Shown piece by piece: positions 11,803-26,200 of a DNA stretch of 64,000 bases (within the stretch, counting starts at the first letter, position 1; every line of letters begins with the position of its first letter). Source of the DNA: Balanoglossus misakiensis (Eukaryota > Animalia > Hemichordata); contig CM082595.2 in assembly GCA_040954595.2 (NCBI GenBank), positions 9,723,918 to 9,787,917 on the forward strand. The letters run 5' to 3'. A program made the position numbers and the translations under genes. Under the pieces are notes generated by a model. That model had not been told where the DNA came from. It did no database searches and worked only from the letters and a program-made list of their open reading frames with translations.

Positions 11803-11953
11803 ATGACATACATGTGGTCAAAAGTTCTGACTGCAGAAGAGGTTGCAGCTGTGGCGGGGGACTGTTCAATTGGAGGAAATATATTTACATGGAATAAAGA
11901 CAATATTGAAATGGCAGCAGAAATAGTTCCTACTGAAAAGAATGCTATCTGCA
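11803..11953 (+). pseudogene. Orphan exon fragment encoding the C-terminal part of a pentraxin domain
   Basis: YMWSKVLTAEEVAAVAGDCSIGGNIFTW resembles the pentraxin W..VL...E......C...GN...W motif; gtgagt donor at 11954; no partner exons seen. Confidence 0.6.
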
Positions 11954-12838
11954 GTGAGTATCACAACTTTAAAATGAAAGATTTTGCAAATTTAAAAAAA
12001 ATATTGAGTGTTTTGACATGCGTCAGTGGTCAGTAACACACAAGCTGCATGATAAGAGGGTCACGAGAAATTGTAAGCCGCAATGTATAATGGATTAACT
12101 CCATGACCTATGCGACCTACGAACTGTGACGTACAGAATTTATTTCTACGTGTAATGCGGTCTGCGGCAGTGAGCCACAGACCGCATTGCGAGAGCAGTG
12201 AGAATTCACCACAATGCAAACTTTCTGAACGTAGGTTGATCTTCGAATGAAATATTACCTTGTCACCAGTTTTCCACATGGCTACACTGTAAAATTGGGT
12301 GACGTGTTCGTTCACAAGTGGAATAATTGTGAGTAGTAAAGCACGCGAAGTTAAGCAACGAGCACGTTTTGAAATGCGCGCAGATGATCCCAGTTTAGCA
12401 AATTCAGGCCATTGCGTGCATGCAAAATAAAATAATACTGTACCGGGGGTGAGCCTACTTTCTTTCCATACAGATACACGTATATGTTGGTTAAGGTATG
12501 TGACAAACAGTTTTCATGTAACAGCCAGTGATGCTGACCATAAAACCAGCGCAGCTGATGCTTTCATCTACAATTTGCAACATGGACGTTTGTGTCTCTG
12601 CATGTGTCGTGCATGTTACTGCTGAACAAAAAAGATATGCGGGCACCACAGGCTGGCGAAAGCGGTGCTCACGTGCTCTGCAAGCTGATGTTGTCACTAA
12701 ATTGGCAAAGTATTGTACACATGGAGGAGTTTCTTGAGCTGTCTGTTGTATAAATGTCGGTTGTGAGTACATTATTTTTTATTTTATTTTAATAATTTTC
12801 AAAGCCCCTATGATTGAAGCATATTATTACGACTCATC

Positions 12839-12925
12839 CGTTCATCATTCATTCATTCATTCATTCATTCATTCATTCATTCATTCATTCATTCATTCAT
12901 TCATTCATTCATCCATTCAGTCAGT
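12839..12925. repeat. (TTCA)n microsatellite
   Basis: Direct reading. Confidence 0.97.
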
Positions 12926-15419
12926 CACTGTACCAATTGAAGACGCCCTTGTATAGGAGAATTTAGCTATGTACTGACTGTCTTTTCATTTTTTCTTCAT
13001 CCAATAGAATCTACCGACCTGGTCGCTGTCAATAACAATTCAACTCCTTAAACATCCTGTGTGTGTGAAGTCTATGAACACTGGCCATGCATTTCAATTC
13101 AAGGACAAAATGAATGCGCAATATTTCGTTTTATCGAGAGTAATGTGCAGTGATTAAATTTGCTAGGGCTCTCTTAGCAGATTTGGAGTTAGTCATTTTG
13201 GTAGAAACTTTTCGAGATGGGAAATCTTTGGTCATCTAACCAAGTTATTTGTATTTTTGTTATATAAGACAGAGTCATTTCTATATCATAGATGCAAGTT
13301 TAATTTATAACATGAATTTGAATAAAATATTTTTTTTAAATATCACCACATGAATTTGAATAAAATATTTTTTTTAAATATCACTAGATTGAAATCTTTG
13401 GAAGTTTGCACTTAGAGGGATGGCATGGCAGTTTTCCACTGTTCATATTACAAAGAATTTGGCGTCACGTGTAGATTTCATGAGTGTTCGAGTTTTGCTC
13501 TTCCCAGCCTCGTATCCACAATCCTCTGATACTTACACTTACGTCAGTTCTATAGCCGCTGACCCACTAGATTCTCCTTATGAATTGCCCAAATTATTTT
13601 TTGGTATAGTTTTGATAGTTAGTGCACGGAAACTTTTGATCGATTCACGAAATTCAAAATATGTTACATCACAAACCTCATAAAAAGGAGGCTAGAGTAG
13701 CCTGTTTGTTTTCAGGTAATTTTACAATAACCTCAATTACCTTTTTTCGAGGGAGGGGGTTAAGAAAACATACAGATTGAAATAACAAGGAAGTGGTATA
13801 TCAAACCGAAACCTTATCTCAATCGTGATTCTAGAGTGTTTCCATGTCATGTGACATCCACAAAAATGTGGTATTATCTTGAAAAGAGTCCCGATTTCCC
13901 AAACTGGTTTTGCGAATGTACTTCACTTTGGAGCAATGCATGAGTACATTCGTAGAAAGATATTGCTCCACTATTTACTGACACTCCTCTTGTACTGCAA
14001 ATATTACTGCATTCTGTCAGGGCAAGACAAAAGACACAGCAGAACTGCCAGAATTAAAACAGACACCTGGCAATTTCAATAAAACATGTAATAACAAATA
14101 TATGTAACATTGAATGAGGTGTCCATACAGCTTGGTCATTTAAAGACCTCCAGTCATTGCGACAATGCATAAATATTTATGTACACCATATTAAAAATTA
14201 GTTCAGGCATACCTTATACATGTATGTTTTTGACTGACCATATCCTCAGCACGCCCTTTTTTTCAAAAAGACTATCATTATTCTCTGCCAGGCAGAGAGT
14301 TGCCGCTTTCTTGTTAACAATAATATACTATTATAACATTGCATAGATTCCTGTTTGTTTCTGTCCATATCTCACAAACTGTGGTGTGCATACTGTTGAA
14401 ATGACCTCAAGAAGAAAATGCCAAATGGAAAAATATTTGACATACTAACCTGTATGATAATGTTATACGGTACAATATATTTAACGGTTCCAATCCAATG
14501 TTGAGAACTAACAAAACAATTTGAGCAGAATTCATTTAAAATTAATTGCAGTTCCGTTTCACCGCATTTCATAGGATGCTGGCTAAAATTCATACTATGG
14601 TGGATTACCTGTTATGCATTTCTTTCCCTATTTCGTCTGGCAGATTTGAGTTTGACAAGCTGTCATTTTCCTTTCAGCTCCGCAAAATTGATGGATTTAC
14701 TTTGACAGCACACAGACTGTCCATTTGTCATCGGAGATACAAGCAGCATCAGTTGCTGAACAGCTTGCAGCAGTGTTGGAAAAGAGTACACAACACTAAC
14801 TTGCAAGAGTGCTTTGGCCCTTTCTTCACACTGTCCGAAACTTGTTGTGTTACATCATTGCATAATGAATAAGAAATACACAGGTATTTAGCGTTCTATT
14901 CAATACCTACAATAGATAAAAGGGTGTCGGTCTGTATGCGACAATCTTCAATGTTCTTATGAGCACAAGGCTTTATTCAGGGAACGTTTTACAGTAAGAA
15001 TTATATGATATAAACTGAATAAGTTTGTTGTCTGTCAACTCTTCTGTCTTTGTCTTACCGATACGGTTCTAACCGCAAACACTGAGGCTTCTCTGCTCGT
15101 ACACAGTATAAATCAATAGATGATAAAATGCGCCCTCTTTTGGTGAACTCTTCCTACCGCCCGACCTTCTACCTTACATTAAGGCATGTAGGGCGGTCAG
15201 GTAGATGGCAGTGTATTGCAAGCGTCTCTTGCATATTTTTTTCCGCCAGGAATGGCATACATTCGTTTTTGGCGACACCACAACTGCTGGAACTTCTCGA
15301 AAAATTGAGAGCCGGATTTCATAAATGCTCATGTTTTCCGAAGGGCTGAAAGAAGATCCAGAGTGGAATATTTAAATTTGCCTGTGGCAGACATCATAGT
15401 GGCTGCCAGTTATTCTATT

Positions 15420-15580
15420 TCTTGTGCAAGAGATAGTATCTTGTTCCAGCGAGATGTTTTCTCGTGTGCACGAGAAACATGCTATCTCGTGCATATCTCG
15501 TGCGCACGAGAAAATTGCGAGCGCACTCGTGTTCACGAGAAAATATCACATGCACACGTAAGTCGTGCGCACGAGATAAA
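15420..15580. repeat. Cluster of short palindromes (consensus TCTCGTGCGCACGAGA), probable transposon subterminal repeats
   Basis: ttctcgtgtgcacgagaa, tctcgtgcgcacgaga, ctcgtgttcacgag, tcgtgcgcacga within 160 bp. Confidence 0.7.
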
Positions 15581-18500
15581 AAAATGTGCCCTGTAGTCTT
15601 TCTTAGGACATGGTAGCGTGACGTCGCATTGTAATTAACGGACGATCTTGGAAATTCGGCTATTAATGGTGAATGGACTTTCGCCTCCTTCGAACAACAA
15701 CAGAGACTGACGTCGCAACAATGACAGAAAAAGTGAAGCAAATGGCCGACAAAACGAAGAGAATCGGAAAACGGGCAGGATCCTCGGCACAGACATCTGG
15801 GAATAATACCACCACATCAAATAGAACGACGAGTAGTGCAGGACAAACCGCCACCAGTGACTATGACAACAAGTCTGAAGGCGATGCTGGCGAACCCTTG
15901 CACAATACAACTACAGTCCTACAGAGAAATGCAGCCCAGCGCCACTCAAGATTTTCCATTCCTGGTCTGGCAGCAGCCAAAATATGTTGTTGTTTTTTCT
16001 CTTAGAAGCGACCTCAGTCTGAGCTGCATGAGAATAAACTGTAGGTTGGGAATACAACAAAAAAACACGCAGTCGCTGCGGTCAACACGTAGCTATTAGT
16101 TTCGGTTTTATGTTCGCTACAGCTCGGAAACCAAAATGTGGTACAACTTCAAGCTACATAAACTGGAAAGCATAGTACGTGCAGAGCAGACCATGGTGAC
16201 GAAAGCAGGTATTCTAGGTCGTAAGATAAAAACACGGCGCTAGAAAAACAGTCATCAAAAGTTGCACGTGTTCCCCGGCCAAAAATAATGTAATTGTTGG
16301 CGCACAGAAAGTCCAGTCGATAAACGTTTACGCTATAGAAACTCACTCTCTCAGCAAAAGTCTGACACCCTCGTCAATGACAAAACGCAAACCGAGCTGG
16401 GTATGATCAAGTCAAACATAGGGCCAATCCCCACTCTGTGTTTTATTATTTTCCACATACGATGGTTCTAAATAAAAATGTACCTATTTGAAATGCTTAC
16501 CGAGGTAAGATCATTGAAAGTTTTCAAACGTTGATGACAAATGTATAACTGATTTTTTACAAATGAATAATCGCGCACTTGCATGTTATTTTCTCTATAC
16601 CAGACACCGCGCGCGCGCCGTTGGCAAAAAAAAACGCGGAAAATTATTGAGCATGCGCAGTCGATGCTTCACATTGTAAACAAGATGGCGTCGCTGCCTA
16701 TGCTTCTCGACCGCTGTCGCCTGACTATGTCGGCAAAGAAGAGACGAATTTAACCATGCAACGCCATATCGGAAGACAGAATGATCGCGAGATGAAACCG
16801 GGCTATCCAACGATTAGGCAGCCATGTTGACTGATTGGTATGTCGCCGAAGTAATTATTTGCCATTGATTTGTTTACCAGAAACGGTTTGCCTTTGGAAC
16901 ACATTTGGCCTCACCGAAATTGATTTCAGAGGTTTTTTCCCAAAAACTAATGACGTTCGTTTTCACCTGAGTGCGAGGATGGATTGAAGGGACACAAGCT
17001 TTTGTAGCCACCAATATTTTGACACTCTTTATATCAATGTTGAGCTGGCATATTTGCTCCAATATGATGTAGTGTACCTGTTGCATTGAAATGAAGCTGT
17101 AATAATATTACAGTGCAATCTAGTCCTTTGGGTTAATAGGAAAACGAGGTCAATAAATGACAGGTTTATTTAAATACAGGATATATTTATCACAAGCACT
17201 TATGCATATGTATGAGATACTTATTTATTTTTAATTTATTTTTTATTTTTTATTTATTTTGTACGTTCAGGTAATCATATGGATTTGTATGGAATCACAT
17301 ACACATTAATTGAAGACTATCATATCACAGAAGTCGAGCCGCCAGATGTGTAAGGTAACCATTTAGGTTTCATGACTAAGTTTGTTTAAGAATTCATAAA
17401 GCTACCCAATGAATGAATTTCCTTAAAATTTCACAAATGTGACAGAGCTTGCAGTTGTGCAAGAAAGTGTGTATTATTCACATAGGAATTGTTTCGTATC
17501 CATTTTTCTGATGGCAATGCATTTGACTGTAAACAAATATGGATGTCAGTTAGTAGTGCTATTTTGTCAGTGAAATGGCTTCATCATCATCCCTCCAACC
17601 AAAGTTGAAACAGAGTTGCAAATATTGCACAGCTTGAAATCATAAAATGTTGCAAAATTGAACCAACCCTTTGGTCAACGATTATGTTCTTACAGCTATT
17701 ATTAGAACCAGACAGTCTCAGGGAACAAGAGACATGGGCCTGATTTGCAAGTTGAGTTAGAACTGCCTTTGCCTGCCCACGGACGCCCCAATTTCAGCAA
17801 AAATTATTGCATTAAAATATGAGTATGGAGAACTATGCTCTGTGTTTCTTTTGTTAGCTTACATAGCTGTTGTCATTCTAGTTTTTCCTCCGTCCTGTGA
17901 GCAGAGTTTCAGTTGCGAAAACCGACAGTTCTCAAAGTACAAAAGTACACCTAAATTGCCTCGGTGATGAGCATGCAGAATTTATCTGATGCTTCTTACT
18001 GGCAGAAGGACCCCACCAGTTGCAGATTGTGAATTCCATGGCACAAGGGAATTTACGCTTTGCGTTCAAATATAAATAATTAAATCCTGTAAAATTATTC
18101 TATATGTTATTTATTGATGATTCAAAAGTGTTTTGACTGATTGTGTTAGAGTACCTGTATTCCATATAAGCATGCTGTCAGTGCACATCCGATTGATAAC
18201 AATTTCACATTTTTAAAAATTTGCTTCTCTGAATAATTATGAATACATAAAACTTCATATGATATAAATTGATAAACATTAAACCCCGATGCGTGGTATA
18301 AAAGACCCCTCAAATCAGTGGCGAATCTTAATGCCGTTTGACTGACAACAGACAACACCAACGATCTTGGCTCTATGAAAATCGGCCCAAACAGATCCAA
18401 GCATAAAGAATTACACCACACAACGACAGTGGTTGGCTTTATAAACACACACAACATAAAGTTATCGATGAAAAAGTACACGAGCTTTTGAAACAACGAT

Positions 18501-18772
18501 GATTTTGGGAGAAATCTGGTTTCAGTGCTTTTCAGAAGCATCCCTGGGAAACAATAACCACGCCATTCAAACAGCTGTCAATCGCACAGAGGTGTAAAGT
18601 GTTCAATTATTTTCTATGTACATGAGATCAATTACACAGTTATTATGCACGACGACCACTCCCAAATAAACAACTGTACAAACACACGTTAATCCGAACC
18701 CCAGTACTTTCCGCACCGGGGTTTAAGGCCTAATGCTAGTGTCACAACATTGATTACCAGACCGTTTCCCTC

Positions 18773-18900
18773 TGTATGTATGTATGTATGTATGTATGTA
18801 TGTATGTATGTATGTATGTATGTATGCAGCCATGTATGCATGTGTTTGTGTGTGTGTGTACATGTGTGTATGCATGTTACATGTATATATGGATGTATGT
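18773..18900. repeat. (TATG)n/(TG)n microsatellite
   Basis: Direct reading; explains low-complexity ORFs at 18689-18970. Confidence 0.95.
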
Positions 18901-19838
18901 CTGCCCTGATCCAAAACATGAAACCACGCTTTTTTTATTTTGGTGTGTAGATGGGATTTTGCTTAAATGAAGTTGTCATTGCAAAAATACGCAAATAACC
19001 TGTGAAATATGTGGAATTGATCAAAACTCAACAACTGGTTAGACTGCTTTGAACATTTGTATGCATGTAGGTAATGTCATCATACCTGATATACTTTGAG
19101 TTTATATCGTGAATTGTCTATTTTTTATGCAATTATTTTGTCTTGTTTTACCATTTGAAAAAAAATCTTTTTCTCTTAAAGAGATTGGCTGATTTCTTTA
19201 GAATTTAGTATGACACTTCCGGTAGGTGATCTTAGTTGGTTTTGTTTAAATTGTCGCAGAATTTGTAATCTGTCATTTTTGGTCAAAATTCATTTTCTGA
19301 GAAACTCCTTAGATTGCTTTTAAATTTTGGTATGCTTGTTCCAAGAGGTAACCCAAGTAATGTTGTATATCATTTTGGTGAAATTTACATATTGTGGTCT
19401 TGGGGCAATTTTTGCAATTTGTATTCTTTGAAACTACTAGTCAGATTGCTTTCAACGTTGGGAGGCGTGGTGATTGAAGTAGATATTATACAATTTGTTG
19501 ATAGTTGGATAGATGTGGTTTGAGGCAGTTTTTGTCATTGTTGAATGTTGTTTTCCCTAAAATACTTGTCTGGTTCCTTTGAAATGTTCTTACAGTAGGT
19601 CATATCTGCTTGCCAATGTCACATGATTTTTCCCATGAACACAGACATACCTAATTTTGTGTAATCCCCAGATGGGACCACAGTGTGTAATAACCTGACC
19701 AACAGTGACTAGTATATCCTGTGTGTTATACAGTACTTCTCACAAGGTTGAAGTACATGTAGACTGTTGATGATTTTTTGCGATTCTTCAGAAACTTACA
19801 ATACAGAGTCTAATGTGGTAACGTCCATGGTCACATTA

Positions 19839-21331
19839 GTCCTGTTTCAAAATGACCTACATTACACGTCCTATACACATGTTTTGCATGTTATGATTGG
19901 TTTATCCGCTTCTCTTAGGTCCACTTGCGGCACGCTGATTGGAGGGACCTTGTAGGTTAGGTCTTATTATTATGTATTATTCACTAGACCTTGTAGGTTA
20001 GGTCTTATTACTATGCATTTTTCGCTTTACAGCTCCCTGATTGGTTAACGTGTCAGTCTGGTCCCCCATGTGTTCACTGCCTCATAATACAGGACCTTGT
20101 AGGTTAGGTCATATTAATATGTATTTATTCACCATACAGCTCCCTGATTGGTTAACGTGTCAGTCTGGTCTCCCAGTGTTCACTGCCTCATTGTGAAATG
20201 TCCCATGTGCTTCCTGGCTAGCGTTGTGGTAACACATTATTCGGTATGTCCGCAGATCATTCATTAATTTTCTGAGAAATAGCCTGACTGATACTATCTC
20301 CAACATAAACTGCACCCTGGAAAGATTAAATGATTTTTAGATGGACTTTGAAAATCTGATTAACACATCTAAGCATTTTTGCTAACAGTTGTATATTTTC
20401 TTAAATCACCCTCCTACTTCTCATCATCAATATTATTATTGTTGTTTTACTATTTTAAAGTAAATTTGTTTTGACGTAGATGTTGTGAAAAGGAGTACGT
20501 TGTCCGTTTATACATTCGTATATTGTTTTCATAAAAATGGAACTATGACGGTGCAGCTTCGTGAAAGAAGTACAATAAAAGTAATCATACCTGTAAAGCA
20601 ACTAATGAGGTATCCCAATTAAAGAAATGCAATGCTATTCTAAACAGTTCTATTGTAAGATATTTTTGGTTTGCTCGAATGAATAGCACACACTTCGTAT
20701 TCAGCCAGGTGTTACACGAAGTGATGCGCTGAAAAGCATTACGTAACAAAACACTAGCCCATTTCAACAAACCGCCACTGGAAATAACATAAAAAAATTC
20801 TCCTGGCAATTTTTATTTCGAGTATCTAGTTCACAGTATCACAAAAAAATGCCATGAATAGTGAAGGAAATGTTAAATCCAATCATTATATGAGTGCCTT
20901 TCTTTATACACTGGGATCGAGCTTCGACAACGCGCAGGCAGCATGCCAGACAGAATACGACAACTGTATTCAGAAAGTACAAAAGACTTTGCATAACGAG
21001 GCAGTGAAAATTGGAGACCTACACATTAACCAATCAGGGAGCTGACAATTGAATAAATGCATGTTAATAAGACCTAACCTACAAGGTCCTGCATAATGAG
21101 GCAGTGAACACTGGAGGACCAGACCTACACATTAACCAATCAGGGAGCTGTAAAGTGAATAATACATAGTAATAAGACCTAACCTACAAGGTCTAGTGAA
21201 TAATACATAATAATAAGACCTAACACATAAGGTCCCTCCAATCACCGTGCCTCAAGTGGACCTAAGATTACCAGATGGACCAATCACAGATGTCGGTACA
21301 TATGTCATGGACCTGACTTATGAAACAGGAC
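19839..21331. mobile_element. Foldback-type non-autonomous element with about 300-350-bp modular inverted arms
   Basis: 19893-20192 is the diverged reverse complement of 20993-21288 (gaccttgtaggttaggtc x3 versus gacctaacctacaaggtc x3); outer gtcctgtttca/tgaaacaggac; no coding signal inside; TSD not seen. Confidence 0.75.
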
Positions 21332-21870
21332 CGTTCAGAACTACCTAGTCTATGCCCGGCAGTGTTCTGTCCGCTTTGCTTCCAAAACTAATGTCTGGCC
21401 TCACTCATGCCACTTGCCCAATAAACTAATACCCCTTGCTGGGAATTATGATGTAACTAGCGTCGCTTTGAAGCCTATCACATTACTGAACAGTGTTGAT
21501 TTGGTGTAAGATTATAGTGAAGGCAGGGCTTATTACATTGAAAATGCTACCCAACCTTAATTACACGTATGTATATCCTTTGTCTAATCATTGGAAAAAC
21601 AATGTACATGTACCAAAGACTAAGTAGCTATTTGAAGGTGAATCGCAAGTGGGCACTTTTATTACTTAACCTCAAGCAGTCGGTTAGCTACCGTATACTA
21701 AGACAAACATTCCTGGTGTAATTAACATCACTGTCATTAGTAATATCTATCTCCAATCAGTATCAGTTCTGCCTTTATGTTATTTTAAGTCAATTGTCAA
21801 GGTTCATGTACATATATTACAGCTTAACTGTCTTGTCAAAAACTTACGCATGTACATGTACCTAATTCTA

Positions 21871-23076
21871 GGCTTACCTGTAGGGTTAGAGATACAGTGT
21901 TTTATATTAATATGCATTAATATGAAACTAAAATTTGATGGTTAATTTAAGACCCCCCTGAGCAATGGTAACCTCGTTAAATATGTGCATATCTAATTCT
22001 AGGCTATTCAGCTGAAGTAGAAACCTGGACATGGACAACTTCGGGGTCAAAATCTTTTGACAAACATTTGTGTGATCTTGGGTAAACTTTGACCTACATT
22101 CCTATATTTTAGCATCCGGAGCAGATACAACCTTGACACTTGGAGTGATGGAACTATTTGATTGAGTATTATGTCTTGCCTCATTAATTATGTACTTACC
22201 TAATGCCAGCCTAACCAATAGGGCTGGAAGTCTGGCTTTTTGGACATGATAAATTTGAGATCAACATTTTTCTACAGCAGCCAGCCTTCTCTTAAAAAGA
22301 ATGGACAATATAAAGGCTTTGATGGTATACTGAACTTTTGACTCCCTCCCTGAGACTGTGTGCCAATGACGGGATAGCCTACTCAGCGTTGGGTAGATCC
22401 TAAGAAGGCCTCAGCCAGGCATCAAATACAAAAAGCGGAAATCCAAGCTTTAATGGTGGGTTACATCGTTAACTTCCCTGCAGAGCTGATTTCTCAGACT
22501 GTGAGCCAATGACGGGTAAAGCCCCTAGGTAGGGGCCACCTAAGACAGGCCGGTCATGCTTTAATCACAAAGAAGGGCAAGTTTAGTCTTACCACAACTT
22601 TGTCTGCTGTATATGCTTCATAAAGATTGCAGAGTATTTAGAGAATACATTGTGTTAAGGCAGTGTGACCAGCTAAAAAGTACTGGCAAACACAGCCAAT
22701 GTGTAATGAAAAACATCTAATTTGGCTGAATAAAAGACATAAAACACAGCAAAAGCACTGTGACTAGCTGAGACATAATACTCCATTATGCAGTTCCATC
22801 ACTCCAAGTGTCAAGGATGTATCTGTGCCGGATGCCAAGATATAGGAATGTAGGTCAAAGTTTACCCAAGATCACCCAACATTTTGTCAAAAGATTTTGA
22901 CCCCAAAGTTGTCCATGTCCAGGTTTCTACCGCAACTGGATAGCCTAGAATTAGATATGTACATATTTAATGAGGTTACCATGGATCAAGGCAGTCCTAA
23001 GTAAACCATCAAATTTTTAGTTTCATGTTAATTCATGTTAATATAAAACGCTGTATCTCTAACCCACTGGTATGCC
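21871..23076. repeat. Pair of about 285-bp inverted repeats (21871-22155 / 22792-23076), same family as the repeats at 51384-52950
   Basis: ttgacacttggagtgatggaact versus agttccatcactccaagtgtcaa; ggttagagatacag versus ctgtatctctaacc; shares gtaggtcaaag and gcctagaattag motifs with 51.4-52.9 kb. Confidence 0.8.
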
Positions 23077-25546
23077 ATTCTGTGTTTCATGCTACCCAAT
23101 ATGGGTAAGTAGGTAAAAAGTCACCCTAGGCCATTTGAAATTTTGCTGAAAAAATCTCGTCTCTTACATATGTACATTTGGTAAAAGGGAAATTTTAATC
23201 ACGGAGTAGAACATATTCATAAAAAATATTTGAGGGAAAGAAGGAAGTTTTTCATAGCTTTGGTGCGTCAAATAGTAGAGAGGTTCCCTTGTTATCCTTA
23301 GACTCAAACTCAGAGTTTCCAATCTTTCAGTATTTTCATGATATTACTTTCCATCTTAGATTTGTTCATCTAAACAAACTGACTGATAGGTATACATGAA
23401 CATTTTATTGACTAATGAATGTGCCTGTATGTTGCAATTTAAAGAAGTCAGATATTAAACGAGCGCCACACCTGTTTTAATCAGCCTCCATATGGAGGGT
23501 ACACATCGCAGAGAGATGACAAACCCCATGCAAATTCAAGTAATATGGCTCAATGGTGCTGATTTTAAAGGATAGGTGGATGATTTGAAAAATGTTATTG
23601 TGGAAAAAGATGTGTAAAATTTGGCAGCTTGTGAGGCTTTAATTGTAAAATCTTTGAAATGTGTTTTACTCTTTAGGTCCAATTTTGTATATGTCAATAT
23701 ACCATTGGGACCAATGTGATATTGTTCTAAACTCAGAAACTCAAGAAGGTACTGGTCAGATTGCTTTAGAAATTGGTGTGTATTTATGTTATTGAGACTT
23801 TATACAGATTTTATTTTTCATTTTTAAAGTATATTTTTGGGGTGATTTTGGTCGTCATATACTCAGAAACCTCTACCCACATTTTTTTTAAAATTTGGTT
23901 TGCATGTTCTTAGGTGTGATTTTATGACAATTTAACAAACCCAGTGATGGAAGTGACAATATTGTTTTTTTTTTTTTTTGGCAATTTCTGCCATTTTTGT
24001 CTGATTGCTTTGCAATTTAGTTTGCAGTTTCTAGGGAATTCTTACTGTGGTGCACAAAATTCACAAAGGTGATTTACTATCCTCATGCGCTTTGTTGAAC
24101 TGGCACCCTGTTGCAAAACAGACATTACAACACTCTTTGAATTGAATTCATAGCTACCAATTTTTCGGGGGTGTAGCACCTTTTTTATGCCTAAAACTTT
24201 GATCGAGAACTTCAAATTAAATGCAACCCTCCAAATATTTGCAATATTTCAGGTATAATGATTTAATTTTAAAGCATAAATTTTGATGTATTCATAATCA
24301 TTAAGAGAAACACATTTTGAAAATAGAATATTAATCACACTAGCAGTCATAATACTTTTGAATCATCACTAAAGAACATATAGAAAAATTAAACAGGTTT
24401 TAATTATTTATATTTGAACGCAAAGCGTAAATTCCCTTGTGCCATGGAATTGACAATCTGCAACTGGTGGGGTCCTTCTGCCAGTAAAAAGCATCAGATA
24501 AATTCTGCATGCTCATCACCGAGGCAATTTAGGTGTACTTTTGTACTTTGAGAACTGTCGGTTTTCGCAACTGAAACTATGTTCACAGGACAGAGGAAAA
24601 ACTAGAATGACAACAGCTATGTAAGCTAACAAAAGGAACACAGAGCATAGTTCTCCATACTCACATTTTAATGCAATAATTTTTGCTGAAACTGGGGCGT
24701 CCGTGGGCAGGCAAAGGCAGTTCTAACTCGACTTGCAAATAAGGCCCATGTCTCTTGTTCGCTGAGATTGTCTGGTTCTAATAATAGCTGTAAGAACTTG
24801 ATCATTGACCGAACTGTTGGTTCAATTTTGCAACATTTTATGATTTCAAGCTGTGCAATATTTGCAACTCAGTTTCAACTTTGGTTGGAGGGATGATGAT
24901 GAAGCCATTTCACTGACAAAATAGCGCTACTGACTGATGTCAATGTTTGTTTACAGTCGAATGCATTGCCATCATAAAAATACATGTGAGAAATTTCTTA
25001 TGTGTATGATACACACTTTTGTGCATGACTGCAAACTCTGTTACAGTTGTGAAATTCTAAGGGTTGAATTCATTGGGTAGAATTCATGTTTTTTGGATTC
25101 TTAAACAACCAGTCACGAAAGCTAAGTGGTTACCTCAGAGAAACTGTGTTAAATTTGGTCATCAATTGCTTTAAATCACACAAGACATTCCCAGAGCTAA
25201 AGTTACTGCAGCAGTCAGTTTCAACTCAGCTTGCAAATTGGGATCATGTCTTGTGTTCATCGAGACTGTCTGTAGTCGAGTTGACAGTCCTATGGGGTCA
25301 ATGATGAACCTACAAATGTTCTTTCCAATGAAATTGTTATAAATCTAATATTCAGGATTTGCATTCATACCTTAAACAATATAACTGTATTGCAAATATG
25401 GCAACTCTTCTAAGTTACATTGGAACACCTTCTCGCCACTGTTTGTGCCAAAATGGTGAATAAGCTTTCATTTTCAAGCCTTAACATAGGCACCCAAAAC
25501 AAGACAACAGCATTGCAAATATGGCATTTTTTGTTCAACTCTTCTC

Positions 25547-26200
25547 ATTTGCATAGTCCAAAATGGCCGCCAAACTCCACTAACATGTAAATTTCCTATG
25601 GTCGTCTTAAATAGCGTGTAGTATCGCATTTGAAGGGTTTTCATCAATATGGGTACCTAAAACAATTTCAACGTGGTTGACATTGCAATGTTAGACAGCT
25701 GTTCTAATTTGCATAATCTAGAATGGCCGACAAACTTCTCTAACATGTAAATTTACTATGGTTGTCTTTAATAGTGTGTAATATCGCATTTGCAGGGTTT
25801 TCATCAATATGGGTACCTAAAACAATTTCAACGTCGTTGACATGGCAATATTAGACAGCTGTTCTAATTTGCATAATCCAAAATGGCCACCAAACTCTTC
25901 TTAAATGTAAATTTCCCTGTTTTGTCTTATATGGTGCCTAAAATCGCATTTGCAGGGTTTTCATCAACATGGGTAACTAAAACAATTTCAGCATGGTTGA
26001 CATGGCAATATTAGACAACTGTTCTTATTTGCATAATCCAAAATGGCTGACAAACTTCTCTAACATGTAAATTTCCCTGGTTTGTCTTATATGGTGTGTA
26101 ATATCGCATTTTCACGGTTTTAATTAATATGGGTACCTAAAACAATTTCAACGTGGTTGACATGGCAATATTAGACAACTGTTCTAATTTGCATAATTCG
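25547..26200 (+). repeat. 160-bp tandem repeat, duplicate of 1903-2556
   Basis: Same sequence at offset 23644. Confidence 0.9.

Noticed and set aside
13311-13385. Short direct duplication catgaatttgaataaaatattttttttaaatatcac x2
   Set aside because: Ordinary local slippage duplication with no further structure.
15673-16005. 110-aa Ser/Thr-rich ORF
   Set aside because: Low complexity, no motif, no supporting exons.
18689-18970. MYVC/HTYI-repeat ORFs (also 55919-56476)
   Set aside because: Translations of (TATG)n microsatellites.
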